DNA of 62,591 nt, filler included, from Corallochytrium limacisporum Hawaii (lineage: Eukaryota; Protista; Pluriformea), in assembly GCA_002811645.1 (NCBI GenBank). It is 6 parts of 6 records of this genome, joined end to end, with 100 filler letters (N's around TTAATTAATTAA, not from the genome) between each part and the next. Parts side by side here need not be neighbours in the genome. Positions count along the whole stretch, not along the records: positions 49,399 to 57,544 come from PDIP01000083.1; positions 57,645 to 62,591 come from PDIP01000212.1; 4 more parts are not named here. One strand, given 5' to 3'. A program made the position numbers and the translations under genes. Positions 52,444-62,591 of the stretch are shown here, in pieces; within the stretch, counting starts at the first letter, position 1; every line of letters starts with the position of its first letter. Below the pieces are notes generated by a model. It saw nothing but the letters and a program-made list of their open reading frames with translations. It searched no databases and was not told where the DNA came from.

Positions 52444-54048
52444 ATGGCGCCCAAAATTCTATCAATGTTCGCGGCGGAGGCGAACTGGATGATCCACGGG
52501 GCACATGCAATCCTTCGATACGAAAAGAATGTCCTGAACCGCTTTGTGTGGGCCTGTGTGGCCCTGGCGGTGTGCATTCCGCTAATGCCAGTCATGTTCG
52601 TCCTGGGTATCATTTTCAGTCCAGTGCTGTTCCTGATTGCTGGGTTTGTTCTCATGGTGCGTATTCACGATGCTCCTCGATTCCGCGGGGCTCCGCACCG
52701 GCGCATCGAGGGCTATGCCCTGCCTGCCTGGGAACCGGTACGGGATCAGTTCGCTGTGAACATTACTTCAGGCAATGACCTTGGTGCATCTGTATGCGTG
52801 TACCGTAAGGGTAAGAAAGTCGTGGACGTCTCAGGCGGGTCTCGCGGGGTTGAGTCAAATCAAGAGTTTTATGACGCGGACACGCTGAATATGATTTACT
52901 CATCCACAAAGTTTGTGGAAAGTCTTGTCATTGCCATGCTGGTGGACCGCGGTCATCTAGAGTACGACAAGCCAATTGCTCACTACTGGCCTGAATTCGC
53001 TGCGAATGGTAAGGAACTGATCGAAGTGCAGGAATTGATGCGTCATGCGGCCGGCCTGAGTACACTTGATCGTATGATTGAGCTCGACGAACTGTGGCCT
53101 GAGAATAATGACAAATTTGGGCAATATCTGGCCAGTGTCAAGCCGATATTTAAGAAACGTGCCGGCCGCAAAATGCCAACTGGATACCACGGCCTTACGC
53201 GTGGCTTCTACGCCAACCAGCTCTGCCGCCGTGTGGACCCGAAGGGCCGCGATCTCCGAACATTCGCTCTGGAGGAGATCTGTGAGCCCTTGGGCATTGA
53301 TTTTTACATTGGTCTGCACGACGACAAGGACTTTGACGCTCTCAAGCGCAAGGCCAATATTGTCTTGCAGCCCCCGTCAGTGTTGTTCTTCTCCATCATT
53401 CCGCAACTGGCCGTGCCCGCTAAGTTCTATATGCCCTTTATCAACAACCCCTACCACAAGGTACCCCGTCTGGTTAAGCAGATTGTTCTACAGGCGATCT
53501 GGTCAGGCTCAAACACCCAGACCACGCGGGCCTTGCTCGGGGTTATCAAGGTCCACCCTAAGGAAATGAATAGTAGTAACTGGCTGCGTGGATTAAGCCC
53601 CTCGGCAAACGGCTACAGCAATGCCCGTGCCCTCGCCCGCATCTCAGCAGTGCTGGCCAACGGCGGATCCATGGACGGCGTCACGCTCCTCTCACCAACC
53701 GGTATGAAGAAGGCCCTCGAGACCGACGGCAAGCATATGTGCCGTGTCCTGCACACTGAGATTGAGTTCACACGGTGTGGATGGGCGTACTTTGAGGAGG
53801 AGCTGAATGGGTGCTACGGCTGGGGCGGCTTTGGCGGTAGCATGGTCTTGTTCCAGCCTGATCTCAAGTTCAGTTACAGTTACGTCATGAATGCCATCGG
53901 TACCGCTGCCCTCGGTGATCATCGAGGTATCTCCTGCTTCAGCAATGCCATCCTGATTGCCGATGCAAAGCAAACCGCCGAAGACGACAAAGCTGGCCAC
54001 TCCGAGTACACGGCCCGGCGCATTAGTATCAAGCCGGTTGTGTGGTAA
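52444..54048 (+). CDS. Membrane-anchored beta-lactamase-fold serine hydrolase (class C / family VIII esterase-like), paralog 1
   Basis: SxxK (SSTK), YWPEFAANGK, LMRHAAGL, YHG, GWGGFGG; N-terminal hydrophobic hairpin. Confidence 0.9.
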   Translation: MAPKILSMFAAEANWMIHGAHAILRYEKNVLNRFVWACVALAVCIPLMPVMFVLGIIFSPVLFLIAGFVLMVRIHDAPRFRGAPHRRIEGYALPAWEPVRDQFAVNITSGNDLGASVCVYRKGKKVVDVSGGSRGVESNQEFYDADTLNMIYSSTKFVESLVIAMLVDRGHLEYDKPIAHYWPEFAANGKELIEVQELMRHAAGLSTLDRMIELDELWPENNDKFGQYLASVKPIFKKRAGRKMPTGYHGLTRGFYANQLCRRVDPKGRDLRTFALEEICEPLGIDFYIGLHDDKDFDALKRKANIVLQPPSVLFFSIIPQLAVPAKFYMPFINNPYHKVPRLVKQIVLQAIWSGSNTQTTRALLGVIKVHPKEMNSSNWLRGLSPSANGYSNARALARISAVLANGGSMDGVTLLSPTGMKKALETDGKHMCRVLHTEIEFTRCGWAYFEEELNGCYGWGGFGGSMVLFQPDLKFSYSYVMNAIGTAALGDHRGISCFSNAILIADAKQTAEDDKAGHSEYTARRISIKPVVW

Positions 54049-54916
54049 ACGCAATGGCAGCGCAGCGTCCATCTTTCGTCATTGTCATCATCAAACCATT
54101 ACATAGTGTTCCATCATCACCATCCTGCAAAAAGGAGATAGAAATTCCATGAAATTGCAACTAAAAGATTACCCCACAACAAACCCCGTTCGATAGCAGC
54201 ACCCACCCCAGCTCGCCTCGCCCTCCCATCCCTCCTCACTGGCACTTGCACTTGTCCTTCCAACCCCCCCCCTCCCCCGGGGCGGGTTATCAACCTCTTT
54301 TTTTCTTTGGTTTTCTCAAACCCCCCCTGCTGGCGAGCTAGCGCGGCCACACTTTCAACAGGCGAGCGGCCCCCCAATAAAAATAGAGCCGAAAAGGGAG
54401 GGGGGGTGGAATATAAAAACAAGGTCCCCCCCCGGGGCCTGGTGGTTTGGGTTTTGTGGTGGGGAAGGGCTCCCCCCCCCCGGGGCGGCGGAGAGGTTTG
54501 TGGTGCAGAATGTAGGACCTTTGAAAAGCACCAAAAGCAACAAGGTCATATCACACACACATTTATGGTCAGTGGACCTTCCCCGGTGGTGCGGTGGTCG
54601 GCAAACTAAGAAAATTTCGTGTGGGTGGGGAATAGGCGGAAAAGGGGGAGAGAGAGGGCTGTGTGCGTGTGTGTGCGTGTGAGTAGTCACCGAGTCGGTA
54701 CCAAAACGATTGCTAAAGGGGGGGGGAGGGGAGGGGAAGGACCGAACACACCAAATTACAAAAAAAACTACCAACCCAAAAGTATAATAACCGAAAGTCA
54801 CTACGTGGCATTAGATCGGGCCCGAGATTTTGCAAAATACCGGGCCCGTGCGCGGAGGAAAACAAGCGGCGAAAAATTCCTCAATACGTCCGGATTTTGG
54901 GTAGAATGCTGCGCCC

Positions 54917-54970
54917 CGGGGAAAGGGGAGGGTGAGAGGGGGGAAGGGGAGGGTGAGAGGGGGGAAGGGG
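54917..54970. repeat. G-rich 21-bp tandem repeat
   Basis: aaggggagggtgagagggggg x2. Confidence 0.75.
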
Positions 54971-55176
54971 ACACCCGGGGAAGGCAAGGACAGGGGGAGG
55001 GGTGTGGACCATGACACCCTTCGGTTGGTGTTCGCAATCGCGGAACGTGACTTTTTCGGACAAGAAATCAAACCTATTTACAGTTCTGAACCTCAGAGGT
55101 GCCCAGGGCATATAGTGACTACGTGGATGTGGTAGCGAGGACTCGATTTTCGGGACTCTGATCCAATGGTTGTAGA

Positions 55177-56811
55177 ATGGCGGGCTTAGTCAAGTACGTC
55201 ACCAAGAGCACCCGGAGGTGGAGCAAATTCCTGCTTGGGGAGCTCCACTGGGTTGCTCACGCAGCTCATGCCGTGTTACGCGCAGAGGAACAGATTCTCT
55301 ATAGACTTTCAGTAGTTGGCCTTAGTTTGTTGGTGATCATTCCTTTCATCCCTGCCCTTCTTCTTTTAGGCATCCTGTTGAGCCCATTGCTCTTTGTCTT
55401 TGCGTTTTATCTGTTGCTAGCACGCATGTACGACACTCCCCGCTATGCTCACGCACCGCACCGGCGCATCGAGGGCTCTTGTATGCCTGGATGGGAGTCC
55501 GTGCGGGATCAATTTGCTGTCGCCATCGCAATAGGCAATGACCTTGGTGCGTCTGTCTCCGTCTACCGCAAGGGTGAGGAGGTTGTGGATGTGGCAGGGG
55601 GATCGCGGAGTGCGGATCCGGACGCCGAATTCTACGACGCAGGCACGGTCAACATGTTGTTTTCTTCCACCAAATTCGTGGAGAGTTTGGTTATTGCCAT
55701 GCTCGTGGACCGCGGCCACCTTGAGTACAACAAGCCCATTGCGCACTACTGGCCGGAGTTTGGTGCCAACGGCAAGGAACTGATCGAAGTTCAGGAACTG
55801 ATGCGACATGCCGCCGGTCTCAGCACCCTCGACCGCATGGTCGAGCTCGAAGAACTTTGGCCCGAGAACAGCCAAGACTTTGGACAATACTTGGCCAGTG
55901 TCAAGCCGACCTTCAAGAAACGTCCCGGCCGCAAGATGCCCACCGCATACCATGGGTGGACCCGGGGTTTGTACGTGAACCAATTGGTCATGCGGGCAGA
56001 CCCAAAGGGCCGTGATTTACGCAGTTTTGTGCTGGAGGAGATCTCCGGACCGTTGGGCGTCGACTTCTACGTGGGCCTACATCCGGAGATGGATAAAGAA
56101 GTTATTGCACGGAAAGCGGACATCACGATGCAGCCTCTGAGTACGCTATTGTTCCAGATTCTACCGCAGCTCGTACTGCCATCAAAGTACTACCTGCCCT
56201 TCATCAATAATCCGTATCACAAGCTCCCCCGCATTATAAAGCAGATTGTGTACGGCGCAATGTGGTTCCGGTCGGATACGCTCTTCACTCGGACCGTGCT
56301 TGGGGTGCTGAAGACGCATCCGAGCGCCATGAATGATAAAATTTGGCTCCGGGGACTAAGTCCGTCAGCCAATGGCTATAGCAATGCTCGTGGCTGTGCC
56401 CGCATTGCCGGGTGCATCGCCAACGGTGGTACCATCGACGGTGTAACGCTGATTTCGAAGGAGGGTCTGGCTAAGGCCATGGAAACAGACGGACGGCACC
56501 TCTGCAAGGTTTGCAGCTATGAGTTCGAGTTCACGCGCTGCGGGTGGGCGTTCTTTGAAGAGGAAGCCAGTGGGTGCTACGGGTGGGGTGGCTACGGTGG
56601 TAGTTTGGTTCTCTTCCATCCCGAGCTCAACCTCGGCTTCAGCTACGTCATGTGTGCGACGGGCACCGCGGCGATTGGTGACCACCGGGGCGTGTCCTGC
56701 CTGAGTGAAGCGCTGCTCGTAGCGGACGCGAGCCAGGCGGTCGATGATGCTGCCTCGGGCAGCGATGCCAAGCTACTGCGGCGGCAGAGTGTGAGGCGGA
56801 TTCGGTTCTAG
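55177..56811 (+). CDS. Membrane-anchored beta-lactamase-fold serine hydrolase, paralog 2
   Basis: Same motifs (SSTK, LMRHAAGL, YHG, GWGGYGG); collinear with 52444..54048. Confidence 0.9.
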   Translation: MAGLVKYVTKSTRRWSKFLLGELHWVAHAAHAVLRAEEQILYRLSVVGLSLLVIIPFIPALLLLGILLSPLLFVFAFYLLLARMYDTPRYAHAPHRRIEGSCMPGWESVRDQFAVAIAIGNDLGASVSVYRKGEEVVDVAGGSRSADPDAEFYDAGTVNMLFSSTKFVESLVIAMLVDRGHLEYNKPIAHYWPEFGANGKELIEVQELMRHAAGLSTLDRMVELEELWPENSQDFGQYLASVKPTFKKRPGRKMPTAYHGWTRGLYVNQLVMRADPKGRDLRSFVLEEISGPLGVDFYVGLHPEMDKEVIARKADITMQPLSTLLFQILPQLVLPSKYYLPFINNPYHKLPRIIKQIVYGAMWFRSDTLFTRTVLGVLKTHPSAMNDKIWLRGLSPSANGYSNARGCARIAGCIANGGTIDGVTLISKEGLAKAMETDGRHLCKVCSYEFEFTRCGWAFFEEEASGCYGWGGYGGSLVLFHPELNLGFSYVMCATGTAAIGDHRGVSCLSEALLVADASQAVDDAASGSDAKLLRRQSVRRIRF

Positions 56812-57544
56812 ACATGGAGGGACAGAATGGTAGGAATAGAATGTCAAAACTTGGAGATAAAGGACCGTGGGCGAGTACTACGGGAGCCTTGCGTGAGAGC
56901 GCACGGTTGATCGCTGACGGTACCGTTTTGCAGAAACTGGCTACACCAACAGGCACCGGCAATGATAGTAGCCGTGACAAGGAAAGTCAACCATTCACAG
57001 GGAGGAACATACCCTGAAATGGCTCAGTATTGACCAACTGTCCGGGGTAGTATTCAGTACCGTGATGAGCCACCTCAGCCCATGTGCGCAATTGCCTGGC
57101 TGGCTTTTTCCCCGTCGCAGGGCGGCGCCGGCCCCCCCCTCTCGTCCTTTCACCGATAAAAAAAACCCCAGAGCGCCGAAGCACAGTTGCAGCAGGCCTG
57201 TCGAAATATAAATAGATGCGCAATACAGCCGTACAAAATGTACCGATCTCGACCAGGAGAATGTAAATATGGAAGACAGCGAACGGGCACGACGGGGGAA
57301 CAACGAAACGAGAGGAACGGCGGGGCGGCTGCTCGAATCTCGGCACCTTTGGGTTTTATATAGGAAATGAACTAGATGATTTACGCGTCAATCTTTTTTG
57401 TCGAATAAAAAAATGGGATTTCTTTTTTTGTGGATTTCTTTTTGTTTTTATTTTTAGCACCTCGGATGCACGTGAAAATTTACCCCGGGGGGGGGGAGAA
57501 GCTGCGCGGCTGTTGTGGGTTTCCCCTAGGGCGCGCCCCGGGGG

Positions 57545-57644
57545 NNNNNNNNNNNNNNNNNNNNNNNNNNNNNNNNNNNNNNNNNNNNTTAATTAATTAA
57601 NNNNNNNNNNNNNNNNNNNNNNNNNNNNNNNNNNNNNNNNNNNN
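57545..57644. other. Artificial contig linker
   Basis: N-TTAATTAATTAA-N. Confidence 0.98.
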
Positions 57645-58991
57645 TCTACACACCCACACACACCACACCCACACACACACCCACACCAAAAAAAATGGTG
57701 AACGCCGCACAAATAGAAAACAAGAAAAACGGAAAACACAGACTCCACCCTCAAATCACCCCATCTCGCGCTCCCCAAACCCCCCCCCACACACAACACC
57801 TCGCGGACGGGCAAGACCTACCCTTCCCCGTCCCTTTTTTTTCCTTTTCTCGTTGCAAAGCGTCCAATATCTATACTTAAGAAACCAAGAAAAAAGACCA
57901 AACTTTTCTAAGAAAACCAAAACCAAATTCTCAGGGATGGAGCAAAGAGTAATTCTTAGAAGAGCCAGAGGGGATCCCATCCCTTGCCCTTTCATTCTAA
58001 GCTGAAAAAGTATAAAAAAATACTTACTTGTTTCTTTCGGTATCACCTTAAACTGCGCTAACTATGCCTAAGACAAAGATACCCAAAAAAAAAAACCAGG
58101 GGTGGAGACCTCCCCCTTCTTCTCCTTCTTCTTCTTGCCAAAGAATAGTAATAACCAACCAAAGGGGAAGAAAATCAATTGAAGAGATCACGCTCTGCTG
58201 CAGGTCGGTACCATTGTTGCTCAATCCAAAAAAAAAAAAGAAAAGAACAGGAAAGGGGCATTTCTCTCCAGATTGGAAGGAGACACTCGGCAGCGGAGGC
58301 GGGATGCACCAGCCTATGTCTAGTCATGTCACAGAGGGCGTAGTCACGGTCACAGGCACACTGCCCGTCATGTCCACGGAAGCAGCATACCATGATGGAG
58401 TAGAGTAAGTAGCAGTGCAGACGAGTGAAACCCAACGTCACACAGACAAGTCGCACCGCTCTTCTTTTGATCCGATTCCCACGCAGGTACGCGCTGGAGT
58501 TTCTCGCCTTACTTGGTGCCAGAATTCGTACAGATCGAAGTCAAGGCGGACACAATCACGCTGAGTCTTGTCAGGATGAATGTGATGAATCTAGTCGCCG
58601 ATTGCTTGCGAGCATTATTACGCATGGTACCAGTCTACAGATACGCAACCTTGAACATCTTTTCAGCCTCAAGGTTAGCAAGACCTAACATTGAGGTTGC
58701 ATGGGTACTAGGCATGTCAATCATCATGCAGCCTTCAAACCTGTAAACCCTAATGACTATTAATGAAGTTCTGGAATTGGTCATGGCCGTCATCGCACAA
58801 GCCCAGCCCGGTGACGGCAAGCGCCACGGCTGGTGATGATCGCAGTGTTTCAAGGTAAGCGTCACGGCTGGGGATAATCGGAGTGTTTCAAGTCAAGGTC
58901 AGCACCTCTAGTGATGCATCACGGTGTGGCGTGGATGAAACGCCTTTCTGTGCAGAAGCAATACAGCCCAATGACATGGCCAATCTCTTTC

Positions 58992-61900
58992 GTCGGTTGC
59001 GCGATCGATTCCCGTCCATTAGAACCCGGGCCGCATGAGCATGGGACATTCTCCATGGCTCACCAGAGGAGCAAAGCGCCATGCGGTAGTCATCCAACGG
59101 GTGCGAATGTGTTCAGAACAGATAACCTGGAAAACGTTAATGTCGCGTTGGAAGGTTGAAAATTGAGCGGTTGGTCGCACGCGGAGTGGTACCGGCACCT
59201 TGAATCGGACCAGCCAAGACTCCTGAAGCTCTCTGATCCGTGGCCATTGGTGACACTGATCAGTAAGCGTTCTCAGACAACGACATACACAGTTGTCAGC
59301 CCGCTCGATCGTGCGCTGTCCACACGAATGAGCATACACCGGTCAATGACGAGGAATTTGGTGCGCTAGCGTCGGTCGCACGTGGGTTGTTGAAAGACAT
59401 ATACCCAAAAAAAAAACTTCGCATTCCTAACCGGTTACTCTTGAAGAGCCGTAGCGTTGTCTAGGCCACACAATACCGCGTTGGATCGTAATGCGCACAT
59501 GTGCTTGGTGGTACAAACGGAGTGTAGAATGATCTTGTGTGTCTGAAGAAAGTCGGTCGCACGATGGCGAGGACTCGATGACCAGGGATGGACAGAAAAG
59601 TCGTCGGTGTGGATTGGCAATGTGTTCGCGATGTCGACTTGCACATTCATGGACACGATTTAAACATGAACATGGTACATATTTAATGTAAATTCTTCTC
59701 ATTGAGTGTCAAAATTGTGTTTGTACGGTGCGAAACTGTTACGTGATTAACATACAAGCACACATTGACGCATTGTCGTCCAAACGGCTGAGCCGACGAT
59801 CTCACAGCATTACACCGTCGGTCCGGTCGCCCGACGCTGACGTTTCGATGGCGGGTGGGTGGACGGAAAAAAACTCAAAAATGTCGGTCGCACGTCGACC
59901 ACGATGTGGGTTTTTTTCACCTTATTCTTACTATTCGAAGAAAATGTCGGTCGCCAGTATTTCGACAGATCTCATAGTAATACAGCGTGGCCTCAGGATC
60001 CTTCACGGAAGCATTCGGTCGCAAGGAAATTTTCTTCATCTTTTCAGCTTGCGATTATGCGTAAAGATGGCCAAGATTAGTACATTTAGTATGAATTAAG
60101 GACATAGAAGGAATGTCGGTCGCGCTCTCTATCACCTTCCTTCCCGGGGGCTGGGGAAAGGCGGGGGCCGACTTTGAATGCAACGGGAGTCCATTTTTTC
60201 ATATCCATCCGGGCTCAAGGACAGTACATTCACTATTACTCGAATGTCGGTCGCACGCGGAGGGTTGTTTTTTTGACCTCATGGGTCCGGTCCGACCTTC
60301 TTCTTGGTTCCATATCACTGCAAAATATTGAATTCACTGGAATACGAAAGGGGGGCGGGACCCAAGGCGGGGGGGGGGCATCACGGATCCCCCCTCGAAG
60401 AAGATTTTCTTCAGGTCGGGGGGGGACCATCTGTGTGCGGCAACCATTCTATAAGATTTCTTGACTGATCGCTAAACATCGGTACATTTAATACTAAATT
60501 CATACCCGCCATAGGTCGGGTGACTGTAATTGTGTGATAGATTTTGTGTCGGTCGGCAGAAAAAATCATAGATTTCCCTCTAACGCCCCCCCCCCTTCGC
60601 CCGGGGGGGGGGCCGGGGGGGGGGGGNNNNNNNNNNNNNNNNNNNNNNNNNNNNNNNNNNNNNNNNNNNNNNNNNNNNNNNNNNGGGGGGGGTCCTCGTG
60701 GTAGGTCGGGGACCTTACCGCATCGGTGTCTTTGGGAAAGCCCCCAGTGGTCAAGAGCGAGTGAAACCCTTCCTGCTGCCCAGGGCAGTCAAGCAACGAT
60801 TTCTATGATTTGTGGCAGTGGATACTGTGTGACCTGGAGTCCGTTTGCTTTCAACAATTTCACCTCCCCCACAATGGTCAGCGGCTTGAGAGTTTGCGAG
60901 GGTGCCAGAATGCTTTCGCACACGGGAAGAACTTTGTTGTTTGACCGATCGTAGCGCGGGTAGATAGGCGATGAACTGAAGGAGTGTCGCGGACGGTTAT
61001 GCGGACAGCGCGAGCTTGTATTTGCTTTTGTTATGTAGCAGTGGCACGGTGATTAGTACATAGGTTCCCCACTTCACATCATTTAGTAGCGTACGATGCG
61101 AACGGAGCAAACAGAGTCACAGGTAATGCGAGAATGAGAGGATGTCGGATTGGAAAGGTTTATGTCGGTCGACCGGATTGTCGGTCTCAAGATTTTTTCA
61201 TCCGCCAAAAAGCAACGTAATACGGCTGTGATGTGCTTGTTTACGTCGGTCGCAAACAAGCCCGCTAGAGATAACCAGTCCGTTATCAAAAGACTCACAA
61301 CCCAACCGGACGGACTGAAGCCGCCGGTGGCATGTGGTTCTCCGTGCCCAAAACATTACCACTTCACGATGAACTTGACGCCAAAGCGAAATCTTATCCG
61401 CTTTCTCCTTCCTTAATTGTAAATGGCGGATGGGCTACGATGCTTTGATGATGTATTGTCTGACAAATAGATCCAGTTTACTTCATTCCAACGAGGTTTT
61501 GCTTGGAATCCATGAACCTATTGTGCAGGCGATCGTAATACATAAAGTGGGTGTGGGATGTGTGCGCAAAGAATGTTGCATGTGCATCGAGCGAATTGGA
61601 GGATATTTTTTTTTGGGTTACAGTGACAACAACCGCGAGCAATGTCAGTCAGACGGCCGGTCTAGCAACGTGCCTACCCACAAATGTTATACTCAATGTA
61701 CTAGTTGAGGGCCCGACACTGACCCTCCTCTCTTTCATTAACCCGCTACCTCACATAATCTCCCCGCTTTTTCCTCCCGCGGCCGAAGGGGAGGGGGGGG
61801 GAAAGGAGTTTACTTGGCCCCCTCCCCCCCCCCCCCCGGGGGCCCAGTCCAATTTTTCATTCTCCCCACCGTCCCAGTGACTTAGTGTCAGCATTCATTT

Positions 61901-62560
61901 CCTTCCTTTACAGGTCCAGCCTTTGCACAGGAAGGAGTTGTATGGCCAACACAAAACTCGCACGCACAAAAAAGAGAGCGGCCGGCATACACACACCACC
62001 ACGCACACGTACAGACACAAGAGGCTCATTCACATTGTAAACCACATTTGCGAGTTTTGTTTCGACATGGCGGTCTGCTCGTCAAAGGGCGGGCTATGTT
62101 GGCCGGCGGGGAAGAAACGTCGGGAGGATGGCAGCTCTGTCGCCACTTTCTTCCTGTTTCACAGGAGTACTCCAGCCAATAGCACAAACACCGAAGACAA
62201 CAAAAGCTCAGACTCCGCGGAGGTGGTTTCTGAGTACGGTACACTTAGTTTAGCCGTGTCATTCTTCTTTCGGACTTTGCACCAACCGTCAGTATCCACA
62301 GGATTCTGAGTTTGTCGTCAGCCAATCTGTTTGTTTTGCCCTTGTCGAGCTTCGTCTTCACTGTTTGATGCTCATCCTTCCGTGGTCTTCAGGTGTGTTT
62401 TCACTGCGGCAGGGTTTTCGTATTTGATGTGTGTTTGGGCGTAGGTGCGAGTTTTAATTTTAGAACACCTTACGAGTTTGACCAGGTAGGCTTCCAGAAC
62501 TGTTGCCACTACTACTTTAGCGGGAGTCGTATCGCTCATGCTCATCTCGAATGTCGGTCG
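58992..62560 (+). repeat. Dispersed same-strand array of a short motif (consensus (AAT)GTCGGTCGCA(C))
   Basis: Copies at about 59170, 59371, 59552, 59817, 59883, 59946, 60014, 60115, 60246, 60548, 61164, 61245, 62553 plus weaker variants. Confidence 0.85.
60627..60684. other. Scaffold gap inside a G/C homopolymer tract
   Basis: N run without spacer, flanked by poly-G. Confidence 0.95.
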
Positions 62561-62591
62561 AGTACTGTAAGGACCGACCAAGGCATTCTTG

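Noticed and set aside
58992-62560. CRISPR array interpretation of the GTCGGTCGCA repeats
   Set aside because: Repeat too short, spacing highly irregular, no cas genes, eukaryotic context
62372-62581. GPY-containing ORF as a Gypsy integrase tail (also ~2930)
   Set aside because: Only a tripeptide match with no other integrase motifs

Overview
The window is eukaryotic draft-genome sequence (about 50% GC). Six unrelated contigs are joined by artificial 100-nt N-TTAATTAATTAA-N linkers, so adjacency across a linker means nothing; there is also one ordinary scaffold gap. About 22 single-ORF genes are present. Housekeeping genes: DRG2, WIP/verprolin, Hsp10, COG1, THYN1, HINT3-like and AMPK-gamma. 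Others: a 26/29-kDa-type cathepsin, a DD3-3 homolog, an MFS transporter, a GH27 alpha-galactosidase, an SDR, an HD-domain protein, a fused LeuC/LeuD-type aconitase-family enzyme and two tandem beta-lactamase-fold hydrolases. The gene set, TTAGGG-type ends and intron-free CDSs suggest an intron-poor unicellular opisthokont or holozoan (Corallochytrium-like); this is inference only. Most notable observations: (1) a gene-free 5-kb contig with a one-strand array of a GTCGGTCGCA motif; (2) a 745-aa orphan built of six CxxC...CxxC modules, the first with an HNH signature; (3) candidate 74-114-nt GT-AG introns confined to 5' leaders; (4) knottin-like secreted peptides and an aerolysin/ETX-like relic; (5) telomere-repeat contig ends and retroelement relics; (6) recurrent CnGn palindromic tracts in intergenic DNA.
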